A stretch of DNA of 64,000 nucleotides from Minisyncoccia bacterium (GCA_041737125.1 JBGSSJ010000010.1:22354-86353); one strand, 5' to 3'. Counted from the first letter of the stretch, positions 8,848-18,914 are shown. The notes: a model not told the origin generated them from the letters alone. Program-made: numbers and translations.

Positions 8848-10713
8848 TTATATTGAATTTCTGCCTAGGCTACCAGCACGAAGTGCATAAAGTATCACAG
8901 CCACATCGATACCCTCTTGAATTATAGCTCCCCAGAATGGAGCAAGGTATCCGAATAATGCTACTACCATAAATATAGAAGAGAGTCCTATACCAATAAA
9001 TATTCCTTCGCGTGCAACAGAAAGCGACCTCTTCGCTATTTTATACGCATCATGAACAAGTCCTACTCCACCTGAAAGGATGACAATATCTGCACTATCA
9101 CTCGCTGCCGTTGCACCATGTGTACCAAGCGCTATGCCCACATCTGCTTGTGATAAAGCTGGTGCATCGTTGACTCCGTCACCTACCATGGCAATGGACT
9201 GCTTCCCTTCACTTTGCAAACTTTTTATAAATGATAGCTTCTGGTCTGGTAAATACTCTGCTTTATACTCACTGATGTTTAAAGATTCTGCTACTTTTTT
9301 CGCAACTTTATCTTTATCACCCGATAGTAATATCATACGCGCGGCTCCGCTCTTCTTCAGATTAACAAAAAGCTCTTTGGCATCTGCTCTTACTTCATCT
9401 AGGAAATACACTACTCCTATTAACTCATTATGCCGTGCCAGGTATACAGGTATTACACCTTCTTCTCTCTCTTCTTCGTGTGACTTCAATATTTCCCTTG
9501 GTATACTTACTCCTAGATTCTCAAGGAATGATAATTTACCAAAAATATAAGGTACACCCTTCACTTCACCACTTACACCATCACCGAATACTTCTTTGAA
9601 TTTCTCTGGATAAGTTACTTCTAAGGCCTTACTGTTTACATGCTTTACTAAAGAGTGCGCAAGTATGTGCACCGACAACTGATCGAGAGATGCAGATATC
9701 TCTAGTATTTCATCTTCGGTTAATGACGAATATGAATGTACTTTATGAATACTAGGAGCTCCGAGAGTGACAGTACCAGTCTTGTCGAAGACAAAAGTCT
9801 TCACTTTATCAAGAGCTTCAAGCGCTCCTCCGTTCTTCACTATGATACCTCTACGTGAAGCGAGGCTCATCCCCGACATGAATGCAATGGGTGTCGCAAG
9901 TATAAGAGGACAGGGTGTCGCTACAACAAGTACAGCAAGCATGCGAATAACATCACCTGATATAAGATAAGCGAGCCCTGCCATAACTAGGGTAAATACA
10001 GTAAAGTAGACACTATACCTATCAGCTAAACGCACAAAAGGGGCTCGATTCTCTTCTGCTTCTCTGACCATTTGGATAATGGATTCAAGTCGACTATCAG
10101 AGAGCATTTTGATTGTGCGTATCTCAAGTACACTATCAGTATTGATGGTACCCGCTAGGACAGTTGATCCTTTGCCTTTCTTCACTGGCTTTGATTCACC
10201 AGTCATTATGGATTCATCTACATATGACTCACCATCTTCGATTACTCCATCAACAGATATGACCTCCCCTGCTTTTACTAAGATATGGTCACCTACTAGA
10301 ACTTCGCGACTATCGATATCGACAAGGCTACTACCTCTCTTCACATGCGCTTTGCTTGGGATAAGTGATAGTAGTGATGATAGGGATTTCCGTGCGCGAT
10401 ACATGGCATAGCTCTCAAGGGCCTCTCCACCCGAGAGCATAAGTAATACAATTGTACCAGCAACATATTGCCCAAAAATAAGAGAGAATAGCAAAGCAAG
10501 GCCTGCAACAAGATCTACGCCGAAATTCTTCTGAAAAATCTTTACTATTATCTCAATCCAAATCGGAATAGAAAATAGGAGAAGTACTACAGAAAGTAGT
10601 TTGTCGGCAATATCTTTATGATCATAGATATTGAGCAATAAAGCGAAAAGTAGAGCAGCAGCCACGACAACTGGCGTCCATTTACGGAATAGATTTTTAG
10701 CGGAGATTAACAT
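8848..10713 (-). CDS. Heavy-metal-translocating P1B-type ATPase (no N-terminal metal-binding domain)
   Basis: CPC motif in TM6 (VVATPCPLILATP), DKTGTVT phosphorylation site, MVGDGVNDAPAL hinge. Confidence 0.9.
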   Translation of the reverse strand: MLISAKNLFRKWTPVVVAAALLFALLLNIYDHKDIADKLLSVVLLLFSIPIWIEIIVKIFQKNFGVDLVAGLALLFSLIFGQYVAGTIVLLMLSGGEALESYAMYRARKSLSSLLSLIPSKAHVKRGSSLVDIDSREVLVGDHILVKAGEVISVDGVIEDGESYVDESIMTGESKPVKKGKGSTVLAGTINTDSVLEIRTIKMLSDSRLESIIQMVREAEENRAPFVRLADRYSVYFTVFTLVMAGLAYLISGDVIRMLAVLVVATPCPLILATPIAFMSGMSLASRRGIIVKNGGALEALDKVKTFVFDKTGTVTLGAPSIHKVHSYSSLTEDEILEISASLDQLSVHILAHSLVKHVNSKALEVTYPEKFKEVFGDGVSGEVKGVPYIFGKLSFLENLGVSIPREILKSHEEEREEGVIPVYLARHNELIGVVYFLDEVRADAKELFVNLKKSGAARMILLSGDKDKVAKKVAESLNISEYKAEYLPDQKLSFIKSLQSEGKQSIAMVGDGVNDAPALSQADVGIALGTHGATAASDSADIVILSGGVGLVHDAYKIAKRSLSVAREGIFIGIGLSSIFMVVALFGYLAPFWGAIIQEGIDVAVILYALRAGSLGRNSI

Positions 10714-10744
10714 ATATGTCTATTATATAATAACTTCTAATATA

Positions 10745-10782
10745 TTAAAACACTCCTCTCTATATGGGAGGAGTGTTTTAAT
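10745..10782. terminator. Bidirectional terminator downstream of fusA
   Basis: AAAACACTCCTC...GAGGAGTGTTTT 12-bp stem with T-runs on both sides. Confidence 0.75.
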
Positions 10783-10783
10783 A

Positions 10784-12925
10784 TTATTTTCTTGATTCAA
10801 TGATAGCTGTAGCTACATTTGTAGGAACTATATCGTAGCGTAGGAATTCCATGGTGAATCCTGCACGACCTTCAGTCATAGAACGAAGCATAGTCATGTA
10901 TCCGAACATTTCAGATAGAGGGACAACGGCTTTCACAACTTGGTTCATACCACGACTCTCCATGCCTTCGATAATTCCACGTTTTGAAGAAAGTGAACCT
11001 GTCACATCTCCCATGAATTTATCTGGAGTTATAACTTCTACTTGCATCATAGGTTCTAGTATTACAGGCTTTGCTATCTTACATGCATCCTGTATTGCCA
11101 TAGAAGCTGCAATCTTGAAAGCCATTTCGTTTGAGTCCACATCGTGGAAGCTTCCGTCATATAGATCCACAGACACATTTTCAAGCTTGAATCCTGCAAG
11201 TACTCCACGGTCAAGACCTTCTTTGAATCCTTTTTCACAGGCTGGAATATATTCCTGAGGAATAGCACCACCTTTGATAGTATTTACGAATTCGAAACCT
11301 TTCTCACGTTTTACATTCTTTGGTAGATCATCTACATCGACAGTCTGGTCCATAGGCTTGATCTTGATCTTCACGTGACCATAGTTACCACGGCCTCCTG
11401 ACTGCTTGATGTACTTACCTTCTACTTGTGCTTCGCCTGTAATAGTCTCGCGGTAGGCAACTTGAGGTTTACCAACATTGGTCTCTACAGAGAATTCACG
11501 CTTCATACGGTCAACGATGATTTCAAGGTGAAGCTCTCCCATTCCTGCGATAATAGTTTCGTTAGTTTCTGGATCAGTCGATACTTTGAAAGTCGGATCT
11601 TCTTGAGCAAGTCTGTTTAATGCCATACCCATTTTCTCTTGGTCTGCTTTTGTCTTTGGTTCAACGCGTAGGTTGATAACTGGTTCTGGGAAAACGATAC
11701 GGTTTAGTTCTACTGGCTTCTCTTCATCACAAAGTGTGTCTGAAGTAATAGTGTCCTTGAGTCCAACTGCAGCTGCAATCTCCCCTGCGTACACTTTCTT
11801 CACTTCTTCGCGATCATTGGCATGCATACGTAGTATGCGACCTAGACGCTCTTTGTTGCGAGTACGAGGATTGTAAACATAACTACCTGCAGAGATACTT
11901 CCTGAGTAAACTCTGAAGAATATAAGCTGTCCGACGAATGGATCAGTCGCAACCTTGAAAGCAAGAGCTGAGAATGGTTCTGCGTCTGATGCATGGCGAA
12001 CTGTTGGCTCATCTGTAGCAGGATCTACACCTGGTATTGGAGGGATATCGATAGGAGATGGAAGGTAGTCCACAACAGCATCAAGAACTAGCTGTACACC
12101 TTTGTTCTTGAGCGCACTTCCTGCAAATACTGGAAAAATTTCATTGGCAATGACTCCCTTTCTCATTAATTTCTTTAGTGTATCGTAGTCTGGGATTTTA
12201 CCTTCGAGATATTCACTCATGATTGCGTCATCTTGCTCGACTATCTTCTCGATAAGTTCAGCATGGTACTTCTCGGCATCAGCTTTTAGATTCTCTGGGA
12301 TTTCTTTCTCTATAACTTTGTTACCCATTTCACCTTCGAAGTAGAAAGCCTTCATCTTCAGCAGGTCGATAACTCCTTCATGTGCATCTTCAAGACCGAT
12401 TGGGATCTGCATACGGATAGCTTTCTTTGTAAGTCTGTCTAAGATAGTTTTATATGAGTGCTCAAATGATGCACCTGTACGATCAAGTTTATTCACAAAA
12501 CATATACGTGGAACAGAGGCTTCATCAGCATAGCGCCAGTTTGTCTCTGATTGAGGTTCTACACCTGCAACACCGTCAAATACTACTACTGCACCGTCGA
12601 GTACGCGAAGTGAACGCTTCACTTCTACCGTGAAGTCAATGTGACCAGGAGTATCGATAATGTTGAAACGATGTTTTTTACTTTTATCAGTTAATGCATA
12701 TGTAGGAGTCCAGAAACATGTAACAGCCGCTGAAGTGATAGTGATACCACGCTCACGCTCTTGCTCCATCCAGTCTGTTGTAGTCTCCCCGTCATGAACC
12801 TCACCTATTTTGTGTGACACACCAGTGTAAAAAAGCACACGCTCTGTTGTGGTAGTCTTACCCGCATCAATGTGGGCTATAATTCCTATATTTCGAACTT
12901 TCTCTAGTGGATAATCTCTTTCCAT
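10784..12925 (-). CDS. fusA: Elongation factor G
   Basis: [24 protein letters not shown]..., DTPGHIDF, full five-domain length of 713 aa. Confidence 0.95.
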   Translation of the reverse strand: MERDYPLEKVRNIGIIAHIDAGKTTTTERVLFYTGVSHKIGEVHDGETTTDWMEQERERGITITSAAVTCFWTPTYALTDKSKKHRFNIIDTPGHIDFTVEVKRSLRVLDGAVVVFDGVAGVEPQSETNWRYADEASVPRICFVNKLDRTGASFEHSYKTILDRLTKKAIRMQIPIGLEDAHEGVIDLLKMKAFYFEGEMGNKVIEKEIPENLKADAEKYHAELIEKIVEQDDAIMSEYLEGKIPDYDTLKKLMRKGVIANEIFPVFAGSALKNKGVQLVLDAVVDYLPSPIDIPPIPGVDPATDEPTVRHASDAEPFSALAFKVATDPFVGQLIFFRVYSGSISAGSYVYNPRTRNKERLGRILRMHANDREEVKKVYAGEIAAAVGLKDTITSDTLCDEEKPVELNRIVFPEPVINLRVEPKTKADQEKMGMALNRLAQEDPTFKVSTDPETNETIIAGMGELHLEIIVDRMKREFSVETNVGKPQVAYRETITGEAQVEGKYIKQSGGRGNYGHVKIKIKPMDQTVDVDDLPKNVKREKGFEFVNTIKGGAIPQEYIPACEKGFKEGLDRGVLAGFKLENVSVDLYDGSFHDVDSNEMAFKIAASMAIQDACKIAKPVILEPMMQVEVITPDKFMGDVTGSLSSKRGIIEGMESRGMNQVVKAVVPLSEMFGYMTMLRSMTEGRAGFTMEFLRYDIVPTNVATAIIESRK

Positions 12926-13366
12926 ATGTATTATGTAACGTTAATTAAGCTTAATAAAAAAAAGACCTTCGCGTCTTATGTCCCTAGAATATACAACAAA
13001 TGGCCTATTTTTGCAAATAAAAAAGAGCCCATTGGTGGTGGACTCTTGGGGGCTAGTATTTTGATTGTCTCTTTTTTTATTTATGCTTGTGAAGGCGTAA
13101 AATATGAAAAGAATTAACACTAATAAAAAACGCAGCGGATTTTTCATAGTCTTTGGTTTTTATATAAGCCCTGCAATATAGCTCGATAGTTTATTTAATT
13201 AAATCATACGAGGAGCTATATGTAAACAAAACTCCTTACAGGAGCAGTACACCTTTTGTATACTTTATTTCATTCTTCATAAAGATACCTCAAAAGGTCT
13301 TGCGTTTTGGGTCCCAACCCAAAACTCACCCCTTTAGGTGAGTTTTGTATTTTGTGTAAATTTTTA

Positions 13367-13837
13367 TTACCAAGCGAAGTGGGCAAATGCTTTGTTGGCT
13401 TCTGCCATCTTGTGAGTGTCGTCACGCTTCTTGATAGCACTACCTTCGTTCTTTGATGCAAGAATTAATTCTTCTGCAAGCTTAGTGTGTATTGGAGCTC
13501 CTTTCTTACCACGAGCTGCAAGTATTATCCATCGCATAGCGAGAGCTTGGCGTCGTTCAGGGCGAACTTCACGAGGCACTTGGTAGTTCGCACCACCGAT
13601 ACGGCGAGAGCGTACTTCTACTAGTGGACCCGCGTTCTTGATAGCTGTATCGAATACCTCAAGTGGGTTTGGATTACCAGTTTTCTCTTTGATAATATCA
13701 AATGCTAGATAGACGGCTTTGCGAGCAGTCTCCTTCTTGCCATGGAGCATAATGCTGTTTATAAACTTCGCGAGCTTTTGCGAATTATACATTATGTCTG
13801 GATCAACTATATTTCTGTTTTTTATTTTACGTCGCAT
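13367..13837 (-). CDS. rpsG: 30S ribosomal protein S7
   Basis: MRRKIKNRNIVDPDIMYNSQKLAKFINSIMLHGKK...VEVRSRRIGGANYQVP... is canonical S7. Confidence 0.95.
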   Translation of the reverse strand: MRRKIKNRNIVDPDIMYNSQKLAKFINSIMLHGKKETARKAVYLAFDIIKEKTGNPNPLEVFDTAIKNAGPLVEVRSRRIGGANYQVPREVRPERRQALAMRWIILAARGKKGAPIHTKLAEELILASKNEGSAIKKRDDTHKMAEANKAFAHFAW

Positions 13838-13842
13838 ATATA

Positions 13843-14268
13843 TTATTTTTTAACTTCTTTCTTAGGAGTCTTTGTACCGTATAGACTTCTTGATTGTCGG
13901 CGCTTGTCTACACCTGTAGCATCGAGTCTTCCACGAACTATGTGGTAACGCACTCCGATAAGGTCTTTCACGCGACCTCCACGAATCATAACAACTGAGT
14001 GTTCTTGTAGATTGTGTCCTTCACCTGGGATATAAGCAGTAACTTCCATTCCGTTAGTTAGACGTACACGGGCAATCTTACGGAGAGCTGAGTTCGGCTT
14101 CTTTGGTGTAGTAGTAGAAACTTTCGTACAAACACCGCGCTTGAATGGTGCAGGGTAAAATACTGGGCGATTCTTAATCGTGTTGAAACCGCGAGCAAGA
14201 GCTACGGCTTTAGATTTTCTTTTTGTAATTTTGCGGCTCTTTCGAACCAATTGATTAATTGTTGGCAT
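13843..14268 (-). CDS. rpsL: 30S ribosomal protein S12
   Basis: [13 protein letters not shown]...KKPNSALRK...[18 protein letters not shown]; start set at the internal Met (MPTINQL) rather than the ORF-finder ATG at 14295. Confidence 0.95.
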   Translation of the reverse strand: MPTINQLVRKSRKITKRKSKAVALARGFNTIKNRPVFYPAPFKRGVCTKVSTTTPKKPNSALRKIARVRLTNGMEVTAYIPGEGHNLQEHSVVMIRGGRVKDLIGVRYHIVRGRLDATGVDKRRQSRSLYGTKTPKKEVKK

Positions 14269-14412
14269 CCCAGTTAGAAATTTAAATAATAACACTTATA
14301 CTTTATACCACGTTAGTTAAATTTCTAACGGGACAAGTATTTCTATTTCAAACAAAAATAGTCACAAAAGGACTAGTCAGAACACTTTACTATACAAGGG
14401 ATAAAAATGCAA

Positions 14413-14485
14413 GCCCCGTTAGAAGCCACCCTCGCAAGCATGCGAGTGCTACGATCACCTTGGGGTGAACTGCTTCTAACGGGGC
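14413..14485 (-). terminator. Compound rho-independent terminator after the M50 protease gene
   Basis: Outer 14-bp stem GCCCCGTTAGAAGC / GCTTCTAACGGGGC, with nested CTCGCA-AGCA-TGCGAG hairpin, then UUGCAUUUUUAU on the minus transcript. Confidence 0.55.
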
Positions 14486-14506
14486 AAGCGGATAGAGGCC
14501 CCTATT

Positions 14507-15130
14507 CTAGGACCCCCAATTAAGCCCTGTTAAGAAGGAAAAGGCTATTAGAACAATAGGTGCAATTTTGTCCCAAACAAAGAATATGAAGAATATAAGG
14601 AAAAATATAGCGTATTGATTCAAGAAGTTCTCTATATAGCGTAATCTATGTGGCAATACAGAGAATAGTAGCTTCGAACCATCAAGTGGTGGTATCGGGA
14701 TAAGGTTGAATAATGCGAGTACTAGATTCATAATCACTATAGTTGCCGCGATTTTGTAGAACTGCTCACCTAGGTCTATAGGCATGAAGCGGATGATGAG
14801 GGAGAATATAAGAGCAATAGCCAAGTTTGCAACTATACCTGCGATAGCCACGAGGAATGTCCCCTTCTTCACGTTCTTGAAATTATCCGGACTGAAAGGC
14901 ACAGGACGTGCCCAACCGATGATAAAGCCAGTATTACTAAGTACAAGTAGTAGTGGAAGTATGACAGAACCGAATGGATCGAGGTGCTTTATTGGGTTTA
15001 GGGTAAGCCTGCCTTGTGCTCGGGCAGTGTTGTCCCCTAGTAGGTAGGCAACATAACCATGAGCAAATTCATGGACGACTACGGACATTATTAGAACCAT
15101 TACATAGAATATTCCATCGATTGCTTGCAT
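14507..15130 (-). CDS. Site-2 protease family (peptidase M50) zinc metalloprotease
   Basis: HEFAHGY (HExxH) in TM1, NLIPIPPLDGSK motif, multi-TM. Confidence 0.8.
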   Translation of the reverse strand: MQAIDGIFYVMVLIMSVVVHEFAHGYVAYLLGDNTARAQGRLTLNPIKHLDPFGSVILPLLLVLSNTGFIIGWARPVPFSPDNFKNVKKGTFLVAIAGIVANLAIALIFSLIIRFMPIDLGEQFYKIAATIVIMNLVLALFNLIPIPPLDGSKLLFSVLPHRLRYIENFLNQYAIFFLIFFIFFVWDKIAPIVLIAFSFLTGLNWGS

Positions 15131-15164
15131 ACGTATGTGTTATATGATAGCATGGGACTCACAT

Positions 15165-15410
15165 ATGGCAAAAGTCTGCGCAATAACTAAAAAGGGCTCA
15201 AAGATGGCTGGAGGTTACTCCAACGTTGTTCGTGCTACGAAATTCAACCCTACAGGTATGGTCCGCAAATATGCGAACCTTCAGAAGAAGCGTATATATG
15301 TCCCTGAACTGAAAAAGTACTTCCCTCTTACACTTTCAACTACTGCAATCAAAACTATAAACAAGCACGGTGCTTACGCAGTCCTCAAAAAAGCTGGAAT
15401 CATAAAATAA
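15165..15410 (+). CDS. rpmB: 50S ribosomal protein L28
   Basis: MAKVCAITKKGSKMAGGYSNVVRATKF... resembles L28 (MSRVCQVTGK...). The internal ATG at 15165 is preferred over the ORF-finder start at 15135. Confidence 0.75.
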   Translation: MAKVCAITKKGSKMAGGYSNVVRATKFNPTGMVRKYANLQKKRIYVPELKKYFPLTLSTTAIKTINKHGAYAVLKKAGIIK

Positions 15411-15442
15411 AACCTCACAATGTTGTGAGGTTTTATTTTTAA
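15409..15442. terminator. Bidirectional terminator (AACCTCACAA-TG-TTGTGAGGTT + T-run)
   Basis: 10-bp stem followed by TTTTATTTTT; between the convergent rpmB and ComEC-MBL genes. Confidence 0.8.
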
Positions 15443-16302
15443 TACACGAGTTCTAATCCGTCGGTTTTAAATATTAAATTCCCCTCTTCGTATGTAGCCT
15501 TATAAGGAATCTGTAACTTCGAAAGCATACTGAGTACGTCTTTGTGCGGATGGCCGTATCTATTATTCTTTCCGGCAGAGATGATAGTCACATCGGGATT
15601 TACTTTCTCCAAGAATAATTCACTCGAGGAAGTATGTGAGCCATGGTGGCCGAGCTTGAGGACATCGGCTTGTAGCGCTTCTATGCTATTACTCCTTATG
15701 AGGATATTCTCTGTGAACTTGGTTGCGTCCCCAGTGAGTAGGAATGACTGCTCACCATACACTAGTCTCCCTACTATCGAAGCGTCATTTGATTCCATTT
15801 TACTTATATCACGATCCGGGAATAGAATATCGAAATAGATATTTTTTTCTTTGTCTAAGATTATACGATTACCTTTCTTCCCTATCGTCTTAGTGATTTT
15901 ATGCTTTGCTATTTGATCTTGGAAGCTTTTATAAATTAAAGTATCTGATGTGCCACCATTCTCTATAACTTGGCCCACTTCATATGAGTCGAGTATAAGT
16001 GGAAATCCACCGATATGATCTGCGTCTGTATGTGTAGCGAGCACTAGATCGATGGACCTATCAGCGAAAGGCATGACTTCAGAAAGCGCAGAGAGCACTG
16101 CAGAGTTCGCACCTGCGTCTACTAGCATTTGCCTGCCATTGGGAGCTTCTATATAGATGGCGTCGCCTTGGCCGACGTCGAGGAAGACTACTTTTAATAT
16201 ATTGCTCTCTTTGCCAACTCGTGCCGAGTTCCAAATAAAAAAGACGAGTACGACAAGTGAGACGAGGAGTATGGGCAATAAATATCTCTGTAATCTTTTC
16301 AT
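15439..16302 (-). CDS. ComEC/Rec2-type metallo-beta-lactamase domain protein (stand-alone C-terminal half of ComEC)
   Basis: N-terminal TM; MBL motifs HTDADHIGG and GHHGSHTSSS; LVDAGANS. Confidence 0.8.
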   Translation of the reverse strand: MKRLQRYLLPILLVSLVVLVFFIWNSARVGKESNILKVVFLDVGQGDAIYIEAPNGRQMLVDAGANSAVLSALSEVMPFADRSIDLVLATHTDADHIGGFPLILDSYEVGQVIENGGTSDTLIYKSFQDQIAKHKITKTIGKKGNRIILDKEKNIYFDILFPDRDISKMESNDASIVGRLVYGEQSFLLTGDATKFTENILIRSNSIEALQADVLKLGHHGSHTSSSELFLEKVNPDVTIISAGKNNRYGHPHKDVLSMLSKLQIPYKATYEEGNLIFKTDGLELVY

Positions 16303-16341
16303 GTTATACTACAAATATTACCACTAAATCGATAATAAAAC

Positions 16342-16941
16342 ATGACAACATTTACACTTAAAACATTTACTATTGGCGAGTTGAAAGGAATAAGTACGAA
16401 GAATATAGAAGAGCATTTGAAGCTATATAAGGGCTATGTTACGAATGCGAACTCAATACTCGAGAAGATTCCCGAATATAAAGGCTACGAGAAGGAAGAT
16501 ACTTTTGCCCCCTATGTGGTAGGTGAGCTCGGCAGACGCTTCTCTTTCGAATACAACGGTATGCGTAACCATGAAGTGTACTTCGCATCACTCGAAGGTG
16601 GAGCGAAGGAAATTTCTGATGGAAAACTGAAGAAGAAAATTGAAGAGACTTTTGGTTCATTTGATGACTTCCTTGCGAATTTTAAAGCTTTAGCACTTAC
16701 TCGTGGTATAGGCTGGGCAGTACTATGGTATGACAAAGCAAGTGACAGTTTACTTACATCATGGGTAGATGAACAGCATTTAGGACAATTAAATGGCTGC
16801 ACTATGATACTTGCACTTGATATGTGGGAGCATGCATTTGTGTACGACTATCCAACAAGCGAAAAGAAAAATTATGTGGAAAGCTTCTTTGATAATGTTA
16901 ACTGGCAAGTGATTGAAGAGAATTTCAAGAAAACTCAGTAA
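16342..16941 (+). CDS. Fe/Mn superoxide dismutase
   Basis: C-terminal DMWEHAFVYDY (D-x-WEHAYY signature) and N-terminal His-containing helix (EEHLKLYKGYV). Confidence 0.8.
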   Translation: MTTFTLKTFTIGELKGISTKNIEEHLKLYKGYVTNANSILEKIPEYKGYEKEDTFAPYVVGELGRRFSFEYNGMRNHEVYFASLEGGAKEISDGKLKKKIEETFGSFDDFLANFKALALTRGIGWAVLWYDKASDSLLTSWVDEQHLGQLNGCTMILALDMWEHAFVYDYPTSEKKNYVESFFDNVNWQVIEENFKKTQ

Positions 16942-16977
16942 GAACTTTAAAAAGTTTCTAACTTCAAAAAGCATCCA

Positions 16978-17080
16978 GAATCAAAAAGAATTGAGAAAAT
17001 AAATCTTAGGTGTGGGCGCGCCGCAGCGACGAAGGAGCGGAGAGGGATAAGAGATTTATTTTTCAATTCTTTTTGATTTC
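16978..17080. repeat. ~28-bp near-perfect inverted repeat flanking a 45-nt GC-rich loop
   Basis: GAATCAAAAAGAATTGAGAAAATAAATCT (16978-17006) is the reverse complement of AGATTTATTTTTCAATTCTTTTTGATTTC (17052-17080) with two 1-nt indels. The loop TAGGTGTGGGCGCGCCGCAGCGACGAAGGAGCGGAGAGGGATAAG is GC-rich in an AT-rich genome. The right arm overlaps the last codons of the ComEC membrane gene. Confidence 0.6.
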
Positions 17081-18366
17081 TTCATACTCCACCAAACAAT
17101 AATAATGTATAAAACTATCACCAAAACTATTGGGAACTTTTTTATTATTACACTTGCAAAAGGGATAGAGGCAAAAAGGTCAACTATCGAAAGTATGTAA
17201 GATAGCAACAAATGAGAAATGTATGCAAATGGTATAGATAAAGTTGTAGACACAAGCCCTACAACTCCCACAATGAAACTCATAAACATAGTAATAGGAA
17301 TTATCGGCAAGATTAGTATATTGGCTGGTATGGATACTATCGATAATACCCCTGTCGAGTAGAGGAGTATAGGTAATACTGTAATTGTAGCAGCGAGAGT
17401 AGTCGCAACTAATTCACGAAAGCCGAATATGTTGGGCAAGAACTTTACCCATTTAATTGTCTTCGGTGTCACGAATAGCACACCGAATGTAGCAATGAAA
17501 GAAAGCTGAAATGATATGTCCGTGACTATACGTAAATCATAAGCAACCATGATTAGAGCCGCTATGAATAACGCCCTGCCAGCATCGTATGTCCGTCCGG
17601 TCATACGAGCAAATAGTACAATACCTGCCATAATACCTGCGCGAACTGCTGTAGCCGACGCTCCAGCTAGGATAACGAATAGCACTATCGTGACTATGCC
17701 TAAAATAATCGATGCAGTTTGTGCCAAAATTAACCCAAAAACTTTCATCACTCCCTCAGCCACAATCGTGACATTATATCCAGATAGTGCCACGATGTGT
17801 ATGGTCCCTGTACTTATGAACTTATCTCTCAATTCATTACTAAATCCACCTCTTACTCCTAAGATCAGCCCATTAGCCAAATCACTTTGTCCTTTCCCGA
17901 TGACTTTATTAATATTCCTGATAAACACATCACGCAGCTTGAATAACAAAGACTTTACATAATTACCATGGCCATGACTTAGCACTTCAATCTCCGCATT
18001 TTTGATAATAAAATATATATCTTGGTTTGCAAGATACCGCTCGTAATTAAATTCTTTCCCTGCATCTGTCATGAAGTTCTCTGGCGTCTCGAGCTCTCCA
18101 GTAACTCTTGCTATATCACCATAAGACACAGGAACTGTAAGTGGAATAATGGCGAGGATATTTACATCCCCTTCTTCTTTTGTGATTACAATACGCTTGT
18201 TGCTCACTCTTACATCAGGAGGCTCGGACACTATGCCTTCGAACACTACATTCTGCCCTATCACACCTTCGTATGGCGGCGGAACTGGCAAAAAAAATAA
18301 ATATCGAACTATAGCAATAATTATGAGTATGAATATTAAACTAATTTCCTTTTTGCTTGGACGCAT
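17056..18366 (-). CDS. comEC: ComEC/Rec2 DNA-uptake channel, membrane (competence) domain
   Basis: 436 aa polytopic membrane protein with ...IHIVALSGYNVTIV...AGASATAVRAG.. competence-domain motifs; lacks the MBL domain, which is encoded separately at 15439-16302. Confidence 0.8.
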   Translation of the reverse strand: MRPSKKEISLIFILIIIAIVRYLFFLPVPPPYEGVIGQNVVFEGIVSEPPDVRVSNKRIVITKEEGDVNILAIIPLTVPVSYGDIARVTGELETPENFMTDAGKEFNYERYLANQDIYFIIKNAEIEVLSHGHGNYVKSLLFKLRDVFIRNINKVIGKGQSDLANGLILGVRGGFSNELRDKFISTGTIHIVALSGYNVTIVAEGVMKVFGLILAQTASIILGIVTIVLFVILAGASATAVRAGIMAGIVLFARMTGRTYDAGRALFIAALIMVAYDLRIVTDISFQLSFIATFGVLFVTPKTIKWVKFLPNIFGFRELVATTLAATITVLPILLYSTGVLSIVSIPANILILPIIPITMFMSFIVGVVGLVSTTLSIPFAYISHLLLSYILSIVDLFASIPFASVIIKKFPIVLVIVLYIIIVWWSMKKSKRIEK

Positions 18367-18802
18367 AAGTTGTGGCTATAACATCTGCTCGTTCGTTATG
18401 AACATGTCCTGCGTGGCCTTTCACTTTCTGCCACGAAAGCTCCCCCTTAAATTCACGTACACATTTTATAAGCTCTTTCCAGAGGTCTTGATTGAGGACT
18501 TCTTTCTTATTTGCTGTCCGCCAGCCATTCTTCTCCCAGTTATGGATCCAAGTCGTCACTCCGCCTAATACATAAGCAGAATCAGCATATATTGCAACTT
18601 TGCCTTGTGCATAATTTTTAATTATGTACTTTAAACTTTCAATTACAGCCATTAGCTCCATACGATTATTGGTCGTCATCTTCTCGTAGCCACCAAACTC
18701 ATCGATCATCTTGTCACCTGACACCACAACGACGCCGTATCCGCCAGGACCTGGATTACCTAATGACGAACCATCTGTGTAAATTTCTATCGAGTTATTC
18801 AT
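18341..18802 (-). CDS. rnhA: Ribonuclease HI
   Basis: IYTDGSSLGNPGPGGYGVVV...NNRMELMAVIESL...ADSAYV...KVKGHAGHVHNERAD. Confidence 0.9.
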   Translation of the reverse strand: MNNSIEIYTDGSSLGNPGPGGYGVVVVSGDKMIDEFGGYEKMTTNNRMELMAVIESLKYIIKNYAQGKVAIYADSAYVLGGVTTWIHNWEKNGWRTANKKEVLNQDLWKELIKCVREFKGELSWQKVKGHAGHVHNERADVIATTYASKQKGN

Positions 18803-18914
18803 CCCAGTAGTAAAATTTTACTTTTAATCTTCATATTTTTATATATTATCATGAAACTATACATATTATCTAAATAATTAAGTAATCAAAAATTTACTAC
18901 GGGACAAGTAATTT

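Noticed and set aside
13270-13461. 63-aa ORF overlapping the 3' end of rpsG and the hairpin region
   Set aside because: It overlaps rpsG in another frame and consists of the palindromic hairpin sequence, so it is more likely a structural RNA element than a coding sequence.
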